A stretch of DNA of 64,000 nucleotides from Tilletiaria anomala UBC 951. Taxonomy: Eukaryota. The stretch's first letter is position 1, and each line of letters opens with the position of its first letter. The notes beneath the pieces were generated by a model. It was not told the DNA's origin, ran no database searches, and saw only the letters and a list, made by a program, of their open reading frames with translations. The stretch covers positions 124,001 to 188,000 of the forward strand of contig NW_013547018.1 in the NCBI RefSeq assembly GCF_000711695.1. Direction: 5' to 3'. Below, in pieces: positions 38,701 through 53,397 of this stretch. Position numbers and translations under genes: made by a program.

Positions 38701-40566
38701 TCGGGAGAGCTGGAGGAGAAGGACTACACGGAGACAGCGGCACAGATCCTCAAGATGATTCCCGCTCTCACTGGCCATGTTACCTTGCAGCATTGCGTGG
38801 ATGTGTTTCGCGGCTCGGCCAAGCGCGAGATCAAAGATCGCGGGCACGACCGAAGCCCATATGCCGGCAAAGGCAAGCCTCTGGACCGCACCGAGCTCGA
38901 GCGCCTCTTCTACATCCTGCACAGTGAGAAGGGCATTCAGGAGTACACGAAGACGAACAGCGCAGGCTACGTGAACGCGTACATAGAGGTGAGACCTAGC
39001 GCTGGCCTTTCTGTGCGTATTTTTCAACTCTGACTGAATGTATCGATCGTACTACAGCCTGGAACAAATGCTGACGCGATTATCAGTGGGCGTCACAAGG
39101 TCGTGATGGACGTACCGAAAGCCAAGTTGAACCAGCCTACGGCGAAAGGGAGAAGAGATCCGAACGCAAACAGGCCGCGCATCATGATGCAGCCTGCTTC
39201 GATGGACGAATTCATGAGCATCGACGACCAACAGGCGGCACGTCCGACCAGAAAATCGACCAATCCGGGGCCCACTTACGCGGTTCCTGATGGCGACGGC
39301 GAAGATGATGACGACTATCAGCCAAGTCAGAGCGCCTCAAGTGACCCTGTGCCGCGCAACCAAAGGGCTTTGGAGAGTCTCCGCCATACGAGAGCTAGTC
39401 GAGCAAAGTACGGACGCAAGAATGCACCAGCCGAGCAGAATGTCGTTGACGCTAGCGAGGCTGAAGAGGCGGATGACAATGGCAGCCAGGGGAAGGCGTC
39501 AACGTCAACATCAAAGAAAAAGCGCCCGATAAAGGCAACTCCCAAACGCCGTGCGAATGGTCTACAGATCGATGATGAAGAAGCAGACAGAATCTCGTCA
39601 GATGAAGAACCTAGGACACAGAGGCCGATGGTTATCGACGTGGCCGACCTTCCGTCCGATGATGACGAAGATGATGCGCCTCAGACAGGAGCGGCACAGC
39701 ACGAAATTCATCAACAGTGCTACAAGATGCTGTTGAATGTTAGAGAGAAGGTGCGCATCCTTGAGCATTGCACACAAAGAGCACTGATGCTGACCTGATT
39801 GTGGCCTCCAGTCTGCAACCGAGGCAAAGTGCTCGCCTGCAGATATTCTCTCGGATGATCATCTGCAAATGCTTTCGATAAATTTGCCAGAATGTGAGTT
39901 CTCTAGTATTCTTGGCACACATGGCACTGACAGGCTTTCGATTCGTCCTCACAGCCAAGGAGCAAATGGATGAGGTGACGGATCGTCGGGATGCTCCGCT
40001 ATGGCAAAAGTATCGAATACGTTTCCTTGGAAGTGAGTCTGCACATGAGTTATTGAAAACAAGTCAGTGGGCGCTGACTGCGCTCATTCTTCACCAATGC
40101 AGTATGTCGCCAATTTTCGGATGAGCTGGGAGATGCGTATTACCAGCAAACCCAAGCTGTTGCCGCCATGGCACCACCGCCGCCAAAAGCAAAACAAGAC
40201 AGTCGCCTGCCACCAGCGCCAGCTCCAGCCCCACCCAGGCAGCTGCCCTCCGAACCGTCCTCTAATCGGTCGGTACCAGACATCCATCAATTCGCATTCG
40301 TCCCTCCGGACAGAAGCAGTGGGAGTGTCCACCGAACGAACCGAAAGGCATCTTCCTCATCGCCCACCAAAGGCCAGCCGAATGCGACACTGCTCGGCCC
40401 ACCTGCTCCAGCTGTGCCGCCAAAGCGGGCCAATACGAACATTACACCGGCGGCACATAAGTTGAAACCACATGCACCTGCCTTCAAGAGCCGTCCAGTC
40501 GCTTCTGGCGGTGGTATTCGTGCGATGCCTGTGTCGAAAACGCCTTCGCGCCTGTCGAGGTTCTGA
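35715..40566 (+). CDS. SGS1: RecQ helicase Sgs1/BLM; start approximate
   Basis: [69 protein letters not shown] zinc motif [10 protein letters not shown]...[12 protein letters not shown]-like 3' exons. Confidence 0.95.
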
Positions 40567-40689
40567 GGTAACTCAAAGCTTTGTAAGAAGCAATTGTCGC
40601 TGTTATGGGGAGACGGACGCTGCAACTGGCTCTCTTGTATCACATACACATGCAAAGCACATGAAGCGAATGCGGACAGTTATAAATTA

Positions 40690-41826
40690 CTATTGAGATT
40701 TGCTCTCTGCTCGTTTCCGAAGCAGTGCTTCGCTGCGTTCGACCTGCGATACGCTCGACCGTATGGATAGGAACGCATAGAGTGCTGTCAAGCCGATGAC
40801 AGACGCAGTGATGAGCTGAGTCAGTGTCGTCAAGGAAGCGTCGCCTCGAGGTATCGGGAGCGTCCAACCGTCAGCTGGCGGTAGTGACAAGATGCCTGTA
40901 CCTAACTGGGTGCGCGCCAGCAGGCGATGATTATTAGGATTTGTCGACGCTGGAAGAGGCGGTGAGAGTTTGTATTGAGCCCAAGCATTTTGGAGCAAGT
41001 CCGAAGGCTCTGCGGGTGAAATGCAGGGTCGTCATCAAAGTCGTACTGCTTGAGTAAAGTGTGAATGCTCACGTATGTATTTCCAGCCCCTGTCCATCTT
41101 GAACGTCTCTTCATAACTCGGTTCACCGATGCACGAATAGATGTACTGTGGTTCCGGCAGCTCCACATTTTCGTAATTCCCTTTCCGCAGATCCATTACC
41201 TGCTTGATCAGAAGCTTCCAATCAGGCAAAGGCGCGGAAGCGGAGACACCTGCGTTTTCCTGAACCGGCGGTATGTACCGTGTATGTAGAGGAAGATGCA
41301 GAGTGTGCACCCGTGCGAGTTCGCTGGCTGACTGTTGCTTGCGTGTTGGCTTAGGCGACATCTTAAGATGCAGCAGCGCGTCCATGGTGTCTTTAAAGCT
41401 GTACGGCTGTGGATTTGCGGGGTCTTTTAGATCCAACTGGAAGAGCACCTGGCTGGCTTCGCTACTAAGGGCGTGGCTGTGCGGCAGATCAGCGCCAGAG
41501 CGGGGCGCACGACGAGCTGCGATCTTGCGTCGAGCACCCTTTGGATCTGTCCAGCCGACGGCACTCTCCAGCTCGGTTTTTCCAAAGATGTGAACCTGGG
41601 TCACGCTCACGAACACACTCGTAGAGGGGTCGCGCTCCTCGGAAAGGGAGCGATATGGTGGTAATTCGTACGGGTCGACGAACAGCGCCGGGGAGAGCTG
41701 TACGAGGACATAGGGTGTGCATCCTTCAGGGGCTTCGAGGTCGGCCCCAGACACTTCCAACCGGACCTTGGGGTGCTGCGAAGGAACATTGTCCAGCGAG
41801 AATCGAGGTGGGCGAGATTCTGCCAT
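40690..41826 (-). CDS. PIG-X/Pbn1-like subunit of GPI mannosyltransferase I
   Basis: HPKVRL...CTPYVLVQLSPALFVDPYEL, ELE, LPLHTRY, LPIPRGD followed by a C-terminal TM helix; one intron near 41070-41011. Confidence 0.75.
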
Positions 41827-42300
41827 GGCTGTACACTGCGTGGCCTTTTGATGGGTCCTTGATCTCAAGTATCGTGAGAGAAAGCGAAGCCGTTGCTCAA
41901 TCACGGTGGTGCACGGTGAATCTGCTGAAGCCGAGATCCAGGGTATACATGCATGACCGTGCGCATCCACAAGGAGCATGGGTGCAAGAGTCGATGTTCT
42001 CCCGCAACAATATAGAGCTCTTCAGAGAACGAGCAGATGATTGTTGCATAATGGTCTGTTCCTGTTCTCCCTCGCCAGTGGAGTGCGGAATAAAAGTCGT
42101 CCAGTGCCTGCCAACAGTCTTCAAACAACGATGACTGAGAGTCATCTATTTCACCAATCACCGCGTCGATGATCTTTCTAATCTGGTTCCAATCCGGCCA
42201 AGCGCAGTTCGATGTGCTGGCCGCGTTCAGTAGGCGATCTTGCTCTGCATCGACTTGACAGGTACGACTTGTTCTTTCCTGCTGGAGTGCAGTTGGAACA

Positions 42301-43918
42301 ATGAGCTTGATGCCACCGCTGAGAGAGGCGGCCCGGCAGCTGGCTCGCCGGCGCGCGCAGCAGCAGCAGCTGCAGTTCATGCAATGCTTGGCCACAGACA
42401 TCAAGGGTAAGGCACCTTCACGACGTTGGGACTGCTTGCACGCAAGAAAATTCTCGACCAGCCCACAGTATCCTCCGCCAGACCTGTTCAAGCCTGGCTC
42501 TTCGTCATTCTCTCCAAGCGACGACAGGCAGGTGGACGATGAGGTCTCGTCGAAGTCCACTTTCATGGCGCCTCCCTCTGCGTTTTCTACCTTTGGTGCC
42601 TCTCCGACATTGCTCGCAGAGTTTCTCTCGATCCAGCCGACGCCTCTCACGCTCAATTCTCTCTTGTCCCACGCACCTGCGCCGGGGCAGGTGCCAACCA
42701 CATCGCAATTGATCGAGTCAGCTGAGTTCACGCGGCGAGAGCTGCCCATTCGACTGGCCCGAAGAGTTGGAGGGTTTCGATCGCTTCCCTTCATCGTGGG
42801 CTCAAATCCATACATTCAACAGATCGCTCGGTTATATTCCCAATCCTTCGAGACGCTGGCTAGGTTTCCGGAGATTGTCGACTTAAATGACCATGACAAC
42901 TTCGTCAGCATGTTGGAATCGCTCGTCGAGGATCACGCGCAAAACGTCCCTATCCTCGCACGCGGGTTCCTCGAGTGCAAGAAGTATATGGACGCCAGAG
43001 AGGTATCGGCATTCCTCGACGCAGCCATCCACTCACGGATCGCAATCCGTCTGATCGCCGAGCAGCACTTGTCAATCGCTGGCCTATTCCATGACGCAAG
43101 GCGTGCAGGAAAGACGGGCGTCATGCAACAGGAAGCAGCATGGGGAGAGGACAGGTTGAGTGTCATCGGCGTGGTGGACACAAAGCTCAGCCCTGCGCGC
43201 ATGGTCAAGACATGTGCTCAGTTTGTGCACGGCCTGTGCGAAGGGACTCTTGGCGCTGCTCCAGAGCTGGTACTGGAAGGCGACGTGAATTCAACATACA
43301 TCGGCGTCCCCGTCCACCTGGAGTATGTCATGACAGAATTGCTAAAAAACAGCTATCGCGCAACAACCGAACGGTGGCGTGAACGCGCAGCGGCACGCCA
43401 ACGCAGTAACCGCTTTAGCGCCGACCCACCCGAGCCCATGCCGCCCATCAAAGTTTCGATCTCAAAAAGCCGTAACCATCTTTCCATGCGTATCCGAGAT
43501 CAGGGCGGCGGCATCTCACCCAAGAATCTGCCGCACATCTTCTCCTACGCTTTCACCACCGTCAACTCGGCTGAGGACGATGCGGGCTCATCTGGGGACT
43601 CTGGTGATTTAGAAGGGCCGTATGCCATACAGGCCGTGGGAGGTGTTGTAGACAACGGATTGGGAGAGATAGGCGCTTCAGGCTTGTTGAGCGGACTTGG
43701 CACACTAGCAGGCCTGGGATATGGCCTCCCAATGGCCCGCATATACGCGACGTACTTTGGAGGTGGAAGCGCGCTGGACATTGTCAGCCTCTACGGCCAT
43801 GTGAGTCACAATCCTGGTGCAAGTTGTGCATCTTTTGAGGGACTGAACACCCAGACTCCATTTGCAGGGCTGTGACACATTCATCAAATTACCTGCAGAT
43901 CCTTTGCATTTCCAGTAA
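42301..43918 (+). CDS. Mitochondrial alpha-ketoacid dehydrogenase kinase (PDK/BCKDK family)
   Basis: ELPIRLARRV, SRIAIRLIAEQHL, LEYVMTELLKNSYRAT, IRDQGGGI, IFSYAFTT, AGLGYGLPMARIYATYFGG; intron from 43801 then GCDTFIKL. Confidence 0.93.
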
Positions 43919-44029
43919 AACATAGAATGATGCCCATCTTTCCTGTGTGGTGCTTTGGTATCCTAGGCACACGATTGAACATTACGAAAAATACAGATGA
44001 AGGGGCAATTCAACGGAAAGCCGCGCGTT

Positions 44030-47000
44030 TTAGGCGACAGCGATGGGCACCTGAACGATTGGCGTTCCTGTGCCAGAGTGGATCGGTCGGCCGACGACGA
44101 TGTTCCCGCTGGGAGTGTTGAGGCTGTCATGTTCGCCATACAGGACAGCATCGCCGATGAAGCTCATGGTCATCTCGAAGCTTGCCTTAAGCAGCGGACT
44201 CGAGCTGTCCGCAATGCCGCTTCTGTTGAATGGCCGGAAGCCGCCATTCGCAGTCTGGTAGTCTGCAATGAGGTAAAGATGGCGCATAGAGACACCGATA
44301 CCGTACGTCTTGAAGATGCCAGCCATTTCAGCGACGATTGCTGCGCGAGCAGCTTCGACACCGTAATTGTGTAGGAGAGCGCCGATGTCATTCGTGTACA
44401 TCTTGTCGAGGTCGAGCTTGCCAAAGCCGAAGTCCCAGATTCCTCGAACATTGATACCCTCCGCTGTGATCGCGAACTCCTTTTCGCCGGGCTTCGGCGG
44501 TGGTACCAAGAGCCTCGAAATATTCGGGACTGCCGGCGAAATGCATTATTTCGTGAGTAAAAGCGAAGATTCAGGAACTGTCTGTGTACTCACTCTCGTG
44601 TACAACACTGGCGCTACACGCCCGCTCGACGACGTTGATGAGCAGTGGCTTGTCCTGGTTGCTCTTCAACAGAAGCTCGAACTCCGCCCACGATCCTTTC
44701 TTCTTGTCAAAGTCGAATTTGGTGATATAAGCCGCGTGGTTTTCCAGATAGTTCTCGATTTCGAGCACTTGAGCTGCGAGCTCGTCATCTTCATCATCCG
44801 AATCACTGTCGATCGAAGCAGCGGAAGTGGCAGGGGTGTTGTCTGAATTGCGGACCAGTCCACCCGCTTCCGATGACGCGTCGGAGTCCGTCTCTTCACT
44901 CTCAGACGCTTCATCATCGAGATAGGTCGAATTATTCGCGCTGCGCGCCTTGCGCCGGGCATCATCCGCGTCACCGTCACCAACGAGAGATTCGTCATCA
45001 CTGTCCGAATCGTCATTGACAGATCTTTGCCTCTCCTGGGGACGTTTGCTCGGGTCGGCCGGGCGCCCGTCCTCTTCCTCCTCATTTGCAGATGGTACCT
45101 CATTGAAACGCTGCCCTTTGCCGATGGTCTGCTGTTGGAGGACGCGATCGCGTTTGAGCCTCTTGAGCTCCTTCGTGAGTTCGCGCTCGAGCATTGGAGC
45201 GAATGTGGCCTGTAGTGAGTGCAGAATCCGTTGTGTGGAAGTATTATACTCTTCAACACATTCCTCTGCTGGGTAGAAGTTTAGGCGGACAACGTAGGAC
45301 TTCTTGCGAGAAAATGCCGTGCTTTCCACTTTGCCAGAGATCTTCTCTTGCACCACAGCCTCTTCGACGACTTGACTGAGAAGAAGACGCGAGCCATCCT
45401 TGCAAAGCGTCTTCATGTGGTCGCGCGACAAGCCTTCGAGTGCAGGCAGGCGCATGATTGGCGTTTGAATGCACTGGGAGGCCGTCATGACGATTTCACG
45501 GAGACGTGGGATACCTAGTGTGACGTTGGCAGCACCATGTCCGGCGAAGTGGAAGGTGTTCAGTGTCATTTGCGTCGAAGGCTCCCCGATACCCTGCGCT
45601 GCAAGCAGGCCAACAGCCTCTCCTGCATCGACGAGTGACTTGCGGTAAAGAATGTCGTTGACTGATCGGAACATCTCCGCAGTTGTCTTTGCAGTCGCCC
45701 TCTTTATCTTCTCCACCGGTGCCTTCCCTTCCTTAGCCAACTTCTTCAGCGTCTTTCTGTCGAGGGTTAGTACTTGCGCTGGATTTTCCTCAATAAATGC
45801 CTCCACCTTCTTCGCAAAGCTTTCTGACATGGAGCCAAGATGCTTGACCGGCGGAAGAACACTCATGACGGGCGGGTACTTGTGTGGCTTCTTCAGTGCT
45901 TTCTTCATGTGCGCTCGGGCTTCCTCCGTCTCTATAAGGTTCCGCTCGGCCAGCTGCTCCAGTTGCTTTAGCTGGTATCTCTCGGTGAAGGACGGCACGT
46001 TGCGAGCGGTAAAGTCGAATTGCTCTAGGTACTTGGACTTGGTAACATCTAGCCCATCCTCGCCGTAGTGGAACTGCAGAACTGTGCCGTCGCTGTTCCT
46101 GACTGTCTGGTCGTACGCCACATGCACGCCTTCGAGATGCTTAATGAGACAGCGCTGCAAATAGCCGGACCTTGACGTCTTGACGGCAGTGTCGATGAGA
46201 CCTTCGCGTCCAGCCATGCAATGGAAGTAGAATTCCTGAGGCTTGATGCCCGTCAAAAAACGACCAGCAACGTATCCTCCTGCAATGGCTGCCGTTTCGA
46301 ACGGCTTAAAGCACGGCAGCGTCTTTCCGCTGACCATAACGGGCACACGCCGACCTTCCAGTGCTTGCTGACCGAGCAAGCAAGAAATCGATGAGACATT
46401 GACTGGGCTACCCTTAGCTCCCGAGACTGTCATCATCTGCATGTGGTTGTGCGGGAAGCGCCGATTCAAGCCGCCAGGAATGCAAGCCTTGATGACCGCG
46501 CTTGTAACATCGTTGGAGGCAGACATGGATTCTGCATCAAGCGCTGCAAGCTTGTTGTCATCGCGCAGAACCTCCTCAAGGCGAGTGAGCAGATTCTGCT
46601 GCATTGCAGGGGATTCTGCATCCTCTTGGGACAGACCAACGGTCCGCAGGGCAGCATTGCGACCCTCCAATTGGCTATCGTCGAGGATCTTGCGCCGCAT
46701 CGCGTTACCCGTCGGACTGAGCGTCAAATCGTCCATCCTACAAGTGAATGCACGGTGCTGAAGGAACTTGGTGAAAAGACGCGAAAAGATACTGAGCAGC
46801 TTACCCGCCGACTCAGCTCCGTAGATCTCGTAGACTGCGTGTACGAGACCGTACGCTGAGGCGCCGAACTGACTCTTGTCCAGCACACCGCTGACGAGCT
46901 CCCCCTCAGCGACGATGACATGCTCTTCCATCTCGTGGTCTTTGCCCCAAAACTTCCCTGCGACTTTGGCCTTGCTCTGCAGGTTGATGCCTTCCGCGGG

Positions 47001-49846
47001 CGCGGGAGGCTGGATGTTGAGCAAGACAGTGGAGATGATCTGCTTGCCAGTCCACATCGGTCGTGGTTTGATGAGTGCTGGTGGGAGCGTGAGCACGCGT
47101 CCGCCGCCCGTGTAATTGCCTTCCGGTCGCAGGGCACCATAGAGCAGCTGCTGGTATTCGCCGCGATCGAAGAGACTGTCCTTGCACGTCATCCACACAC
47201 CCGCGACGACGTGATCTTGGATGAGACCGCGCAGAGGACTACCACTCGTGGGTACAAGATACTGATTGTCAGTATTGGCGATGTTGTAGCATTCCGAACG
47301 CGCAGCTTCGCTTTGAGGAAAGTGCATGTTCATTTCGTCGCCGTCGAAATCGGCATTGTAGCTGTTGCAGTTGGCATAGTGCATGCGGATGGTGCGTTCG
47401 CCATGCAGGACGCGCGCTTTGTGTGCCATCATCGATGGCTTGTGCAGCGTCGGCTGTCTGTTGAGTAGGAGGATATCGCCGTCTTGCAGGTGACGCAGTA
47501 CAACCTTGTTGACGATCGGTGTGCGCGTGCTGGTGTTGACGTTGGAGAAGAAACCCTTGAAACTGCGCGACAGCTCCTGTTGCGGTGTCATGAGCTGACG
47601 CGCCAGCGCTGTCCTGTCCTCTCGCGAGAGGCGTGAGAGCAACGTTTCGCTGCCGTCCTCCATGCGAATGGCCACAGCACCGGGATACTTGTGGGGGCCG
47701 TTGATCACGAGCGCTGCGAGCCTATCGACGTTATGCGCTGTGACTCTCTCGGGGTAGGTCAGGCGCTGCGCAAACACGGGCGGAACACCAATCTCGTTCG
47801 TCTCGATGTTGACATCGGGCGAGATGACGGAGCGTGCTGCAAAGTTGACACGCTTGCCCATCATGTTCTTCCTGAACAGACCATCCTTCTTCTCCATACC
47901 TTGCTTCACGCCGGGTGGTACGGCACGTGCAGCAGCCTGGTTGGGATTCTTGTTCGAATCGATGAACGAGTTGACGTCAACCTGCAACTGGATCATCGAG
48001 CCGAGGAGCGACTCGAAAGCTTGAAGACGCATTTGCGCAAGCGCTTGTTCTGCGTTCGCTATACTCTGGCTGGACGCACCCGGCGCCGTCTCCTCCACGG
48101 CGCTTTTGGAGCTGTAGCGCTGCAGAGCACTGTTGAGATCACGTACTTGCGAGGAAGTGTTGATGACCTTGGTGAGCAGCTCGTTCTGCGAGTTCTCGAA
48201 CGTCTGGTCGCCTAGAACGCTCGCTGGTCTGAACCGCGTCGGCGGGACAGCGATGACGTCCATAAAGAACGAATCCGCGCTAGCACCGTTGCGTTTTGCG
48301 ACTGCGCCACTGGCGCTGCTGCCGCTGCCCTCTCCCGGCCGCTGGTTTATGCCAAAGCTGCCATTGGTCGGATTGTAGCCTTCTGGCGGAATGTAGCCCA
48401 GTTCGAAGGGTCCTCGGCGGCCGAATATGAGGCCGCAGATGTCAGCTTCGCGCTCGAATAGCAAGCGAAGGTTGGCACGGCACTCGTCCGGTGGCATGAC
48501 CCTCGTCGCGCTGGACGCCTTGGCACTTTTCTTGCGTGCATCCTTTGTCTTCTCCTTTAGGCTCTTTGTAGTCGAGGGCACGTCTGTGTCGACGCTCATG
48601 GCGTCATCAACCTCGTACTGCTCATCGATGTCTATACGAGCCTCGCCATCGTTCGGGGCGTTGCGGCCTTCTGATGTGCCGTCCGGGTGCGACTGTCCAG
48701 CAGTGGTATATTTGGCAGTTAGAGCAAAGACATTGGGCCTCCTGATACCGAGCGCTTCATGCATGGCCTTGTCCCGGTCTGAGAGATCACGCTCGACAAT
48801 TTTGATGAATCCATCTTTGCGCAGCGTGGGTCCAACGCTATTCGGGGACAGATATAGCATGAAATGTTCAGGGCAAGATTCTGGCGCCGAAGACACACTC
48901 TCACTACTCACGCATGGCAATGCTCGCATCTCTTGCGTGCGACATTCTTGAGGAACTCGTTGATGAGCTTTTTCCTCGCTGCATACGCTGCATTTCCTTG
49001 ATCATCCTTCCTGTCCACCTTGCCATCGCCACTCTTGACAGCCTCGAAAACCAACTCTCCGACCCGTTTCTCGATTCTCTTTCGGAAATCGCGCGGGCTT
49101 TCTTCCACTACTGCCTCATCGCTGTTCTGCAGATTCGTATCGAACTCTCCATCGCCATCTTCGACCTCGAGAGTCGCGCTTCCATTCGCCTGACCCCTGC
49201 CGCCAGGCCCTGCCTCGTCTTGAAGCAAAGAAACAACGTTCTTACGCCCGCGCAGTGACTCCTTCGCGATTTCGGCAGCGGCTTGTACAAGACCATAGTT
49301 GAGGAGCTTCAAGCAATTTTCGAAGAGCACGAGCTGAAATGACAGGTAGTTCCAATGGCGAGGATGGAGTCAATCGAGAGCTTCGACACGAAGACTGCGA
49401 AGCAGCAGCAAGACTCACCTGAACCTCAGGACTTTTAAACTTGTGGCAGAAGAGACAGCAACCGCGAAGCACATTGTACAAGTGCGTCATGAAAAGCGGA
49501 TGGAATACGGGTGCAGGAAGGTTGATGTGGCCATAATGACCTGGGCATGAGAATGCCGACAGCTGGCATGTCTTGCAGCTAAAGCGGGAATCCAAATGGC
49601 GCAGGCCAGTGCGTCAGCGATCGGCTGATAAATCTGTTGCTTATTCTAACTTTCGGCTCACATGCTCTTGTTGTCGATGGGCCCAAGTGCTGGATCATGC
49701 AGACCGCCCTCGGTCGGGAGGTTGGTGTTGTCCAGCAAGATGGGATTGGTGATGGCCTTAACCGAAATCGCGCGGATCTCGTCGCTCGAGAGGAATGAGA
49801 AGGAGGCAGACGAGATCCGCGAAGAGATTGGTACTGTCGGATCCAT
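44030..49846 (-). CDS. RPA190: RNA polymerase I largest subunit
   Basis: GLHDPALGP, CPGHYGHINL, FRKNMMGKRVNFAARSVISPD, catalytic YNADFDGDEMN, GREGLIDTAVKTSRSGYLQR, EPSTQMTLNTFHFAG. Confidence 0.98.
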
Positions 49847-50454
49847 ATCGGCGAGCGCAGATCTTCCTACAGTTCACGTTGCCTTGAAAGCCTTGTGTAG
49901 GTCGGCGTCCAGGGGAAGTCTGTGCGAGTTGCGACGATCTGACTGGAGCCGCGAGGTAGCCCGGCGCCTGTCACGCGAACAGCAACCGCAACATTCACAG
50001 CGTCCAAATTCAAGGCTGAGCCATGTGGCAGTCGGCTTGCACGGGCATGGACACGCGCTTCCTTACAGGACTTTCCAGAGCTGAGGATCTCCACCAATGG
50101 CATAGATAGGCCATGCGCATTGCGAAGAATTGGATGGTGTTACGCAGGTGCAATGCCAAACAAAATTTCAACAGTAAGGAGCGGAACTCGGATTTGGTGA
50201 CCCATTGTTCTTTGCGACGTGTGCTCTGGCACTCTACCGTGTACGCAGTCCAAGTGTGGCATACACACAGTTGACCTTGACACGCAAAGAGACTGGGCGG
50301 ACCCTCCGACTTGCACTCCTGACTGGTCTTTGTACTGAGCGCTTCGCCATCTCCATTTGTACAGGTCAGCATCTGACGAACAAAGCAGAGGCCCAATTGC
50401 AGCGAGGGTGCAACGTTCATCTGCGCCTTTTTACGACTGCTATACGCGTGCATC

Positions 50455-50914
50455 ATGACGGGCTGGACACCGGTCTGGGTCGGCATCGCCGCTGTTGGCG
50501 CTGGCTTTGGCAGTTGGGTTGCGACGGCCAAGCGGGGCCCCAACCAAGTGTGAGTGTCCTTCCCAGATCACTCCAATGCTCAGCTTTGGGCTATTCCCGG
50601 GGCATCGGCGTCACTGCTCCGATGTGTGTCAGGTATCTGCGCCGGAGACTTGGAAAATGACTGATCGTGGTTGCCTCCATGGCTGCTGAACAGCGTTATT
50701 CGGACTGCAATCATTCTCACCCTCACCTGCTGCTACATGATGTGGGCCATCATCTACCTGGCGCAGCTACACCCTCTCATCAGTGAGTTTTGCTGCATTC
50801 AGATAGCGGCATATGCTCGCAGCTTCAGAGCGCGAACTTGGATCATGACGCTAACCCCAACGCATGTTATGCTTCCAAGAACCGAAACGCGCTGACCTCC
50901 GATTCGAGAACTGA
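50455..50914 (+). CDS. VMA9: V-ATPase V0 subunit e
   Basis: Three exons: MTGWTPVWVGIAAVGAGFGSW...GPNQ | VIRTAIILTLTCCYMMWAIIYLAQLHPLI | KPKRADLRFEN*. Confidence 0.92.
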
Positions 50915-51928
50915 TAAAGTTCAGCCACGGAGCACGCACCCGTCGCGACGCAAGTAACTTTCACTGCGTACGGCCTGCGTGCACGGAAATGAATTCAGTC
51001 TCACTCGGCGTGAGCCCTTGAGAGGATGCTCCCACTCGTGTCGCAGGGCCGTGGTCGTCCTCTCATCGCAGAGCTGACCGCCAACCCCCTTCTACTGCAA
51101 CCACATTGTACTTGTATCGTACCGCAAATACCTCGCATAGCACTCTGCCCGCCATCCATCGGTGGCCCGGGCTTGCAGGCTGCTTGCAGCCATGCAAAAG
51201 GCCAACAAAGCTTTTATGTACCCACGACACAAGCGGCCAGAAGCCTAGCATGGCATCCAAACGCGACTCGCGCGCTCGACAGTAACAGGAACATTTGCAG
51301 ACTAGGGTTGTATCTGGTTTGCCCACATGTGCGCGTTGTAGCCGACCAAGGGTGTGACGTATCCAGTCAATGCAACTCCCCCGGCTGACTTTGTTCGTCG
51401 GCTTCATTGACGCTGTCAGCATTGGCCGGCGGGGGAGGTTGGCATGCAGGTCCACGCCAGCGACCGGCAGTTTAAGATTTCGTTCTAGAGCGTATACTCT
51501 GTGTGTGATTTGATTCAGCAGACCGCAAAAAGAGACGAGAACCATCAGCCGAGGGTCTCCGAACACGCAGATGTCCAGACGAATGGATGGCCCGGGAGCA
51601 CTACAGTGTACACAGTAGTTGCAATCTACAGCAAGCGGTCGACGTACGTATCCTCTTGTCCTTTGCGATGACGTTGCGCTCGCTTGCCATGTCCTAAAAG
51701 GGAGACCTCATCACGACACATCAAGTGAGACATGACCGAACGTCTTTGAACAGCCTGCATACCGCCAGCGCTGTGACCGAAAGCCGATATTGCTCTCTTC
51801 CAGAACGTCACCTCCGCCATTAGTTGCGCGACGTACACCTTGGTCCAACCCGCACCCCGCACCCCCACCGTCAGTTCTGCCTATTATCATAGGAAGAGCC
51901 GAGGAGCTAGGCGGTGCTTCTGAGCAGT

Positions 51929-53186
51929 ATGTCTTCCCCGTCCTCATCACGCCTGGCTTCTCTGCCTTCGACATCAATACCAGGCAGGACGACCGTGTGC
52001 CTACGCAACAAGGGCCCACCGAAGGTACAGATCAAGCTTCGCATTCCATATCCAAGCGACGGCATCGATGCGGGCGTAGAACTTGTCGGGATCCTCGCCC
52101 GTGTCGAGAAGGAACAACCATCAGGGTCATCTGAAGCTGGCAGCACGTCCACTGCCACTGTCCCTTCAATAAGTGCGGCCAGCTCGAGTTTCGAGCCACG
52201 GGCATCAACAGGAAACACGCAACCTGCTCGACCGATAGCGCTCATTTTACACGGACTATTCGCACACAAAGACCAGCTCTATCACCGTGCACTCGTCGAT
52301 GCGCTTGACATTGATTCCTTCCGCTTCGATTTCCGTGGCAATGACGAATCCAGCGGGGAATGGCGGCTGGGCGACATGGCTGCTAACTATAGAGACTTGA
52401 ACATGATCGTCGAGTACTTGCGAAAGAATTACAATTACTGGATCGAGATTATCATCGCGCACTCCAGAGGAGCGGGTATCGCATGGGAGTACTTTGCAAA
52501 AGAGTGCGGGGAAAGGACTCACCCGGCACGGAGAGTGCCATTCTTGGCTAGCATGAGCGCGAGATGGTATCCACCAGGGATTCTAGGTGCGTCCATATCT
52601 TCTCGTCGGGTCATTTCACGTCTCCATCCACTTCAAGCGGCTGAGAAATCGATTCTTATCGTGTGAGTTCCAGACCTTCCGCGATATGCCAACATCGGCG
52701 CAGAGGGGCGCGACTGGAGCGCAAAAGTTGCGGGCAAGTCCGTTACGAAGCACGTTACAGCAGCGGACGTCATGCAAGCGGCCAAGCACGCCGTGCAGGA
52801 CTATGCCAACTCATTTCCAACGACGTCCGAAGTACTGATCGTGCACGGCACCCGCGATGATATCGTACCCACTTCTGCAGCAGCGGGGTTCGTCAACGCC
52901 GTCGCGAAGCGCGGCGTCAGACTGCGCCTACATCTGATCGACGGCGCCGATCACAATTACAGAGGACAGTGAGTCTGCGCAAGTAGCGCCGCGGTTTCGC
53001 AGCAATCGGCGCTTTGACATTTTTTTTACAACGCTGCATGGCAGCTTCGCAGAAGCGGTCGACGCAGTATGTGACTGGCTGTGCGAGCGGCGAGGTGCGA
53101 AGTCTTCCCCGAACACATTGACCCTCGAGTCTAGTTGGCAGAGCAGTGTTGAGAACAATGCAGCCGCCAGCAAGGGCCGGCTGTGA
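51929..53186 (+). CDS. Alpha/beta-hydrolase
   Basis: ALILHGLFAHKD, SFRFDFRGNDES, nucleophile elbow IAHSRG, LIVHGTRDDIVP, IDGADHNY; ends GRL*. Confidence 0.88.
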
Positions 53187-53397
53187 CTTAGAGATGGATA
53201 GATGTAAAATGAACGCATGGAGTGCACGAGACAGTTTGGATGGCCTACTGTGACCCAAAGTGAATCGCACCTTTGATGCACGCGACATTTAATACAGACT
53301 TGTGAATACTGTACCATGAGCGATGTACGTGTACGGAACAGTACAAAAGCTCCGAGTTCAGTTTGACAAGACTGCCTCACTCCGCTCCTTAGAGCAC

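Noticed and set aside
41901..42815. 304-aa minus-strand ORF crossing the PIG-X/kinase divergent promoter
   Set aside because: Mostly antisense to the kinase CDS with no family match; the non-overlapping tail looks protein-like but is unsupported
51626..51868. FGHSAGG (GxSxG-like) motif in a short minus-strand ORF
   Set aside because: No other hydrolase elements around it; likely coincidental
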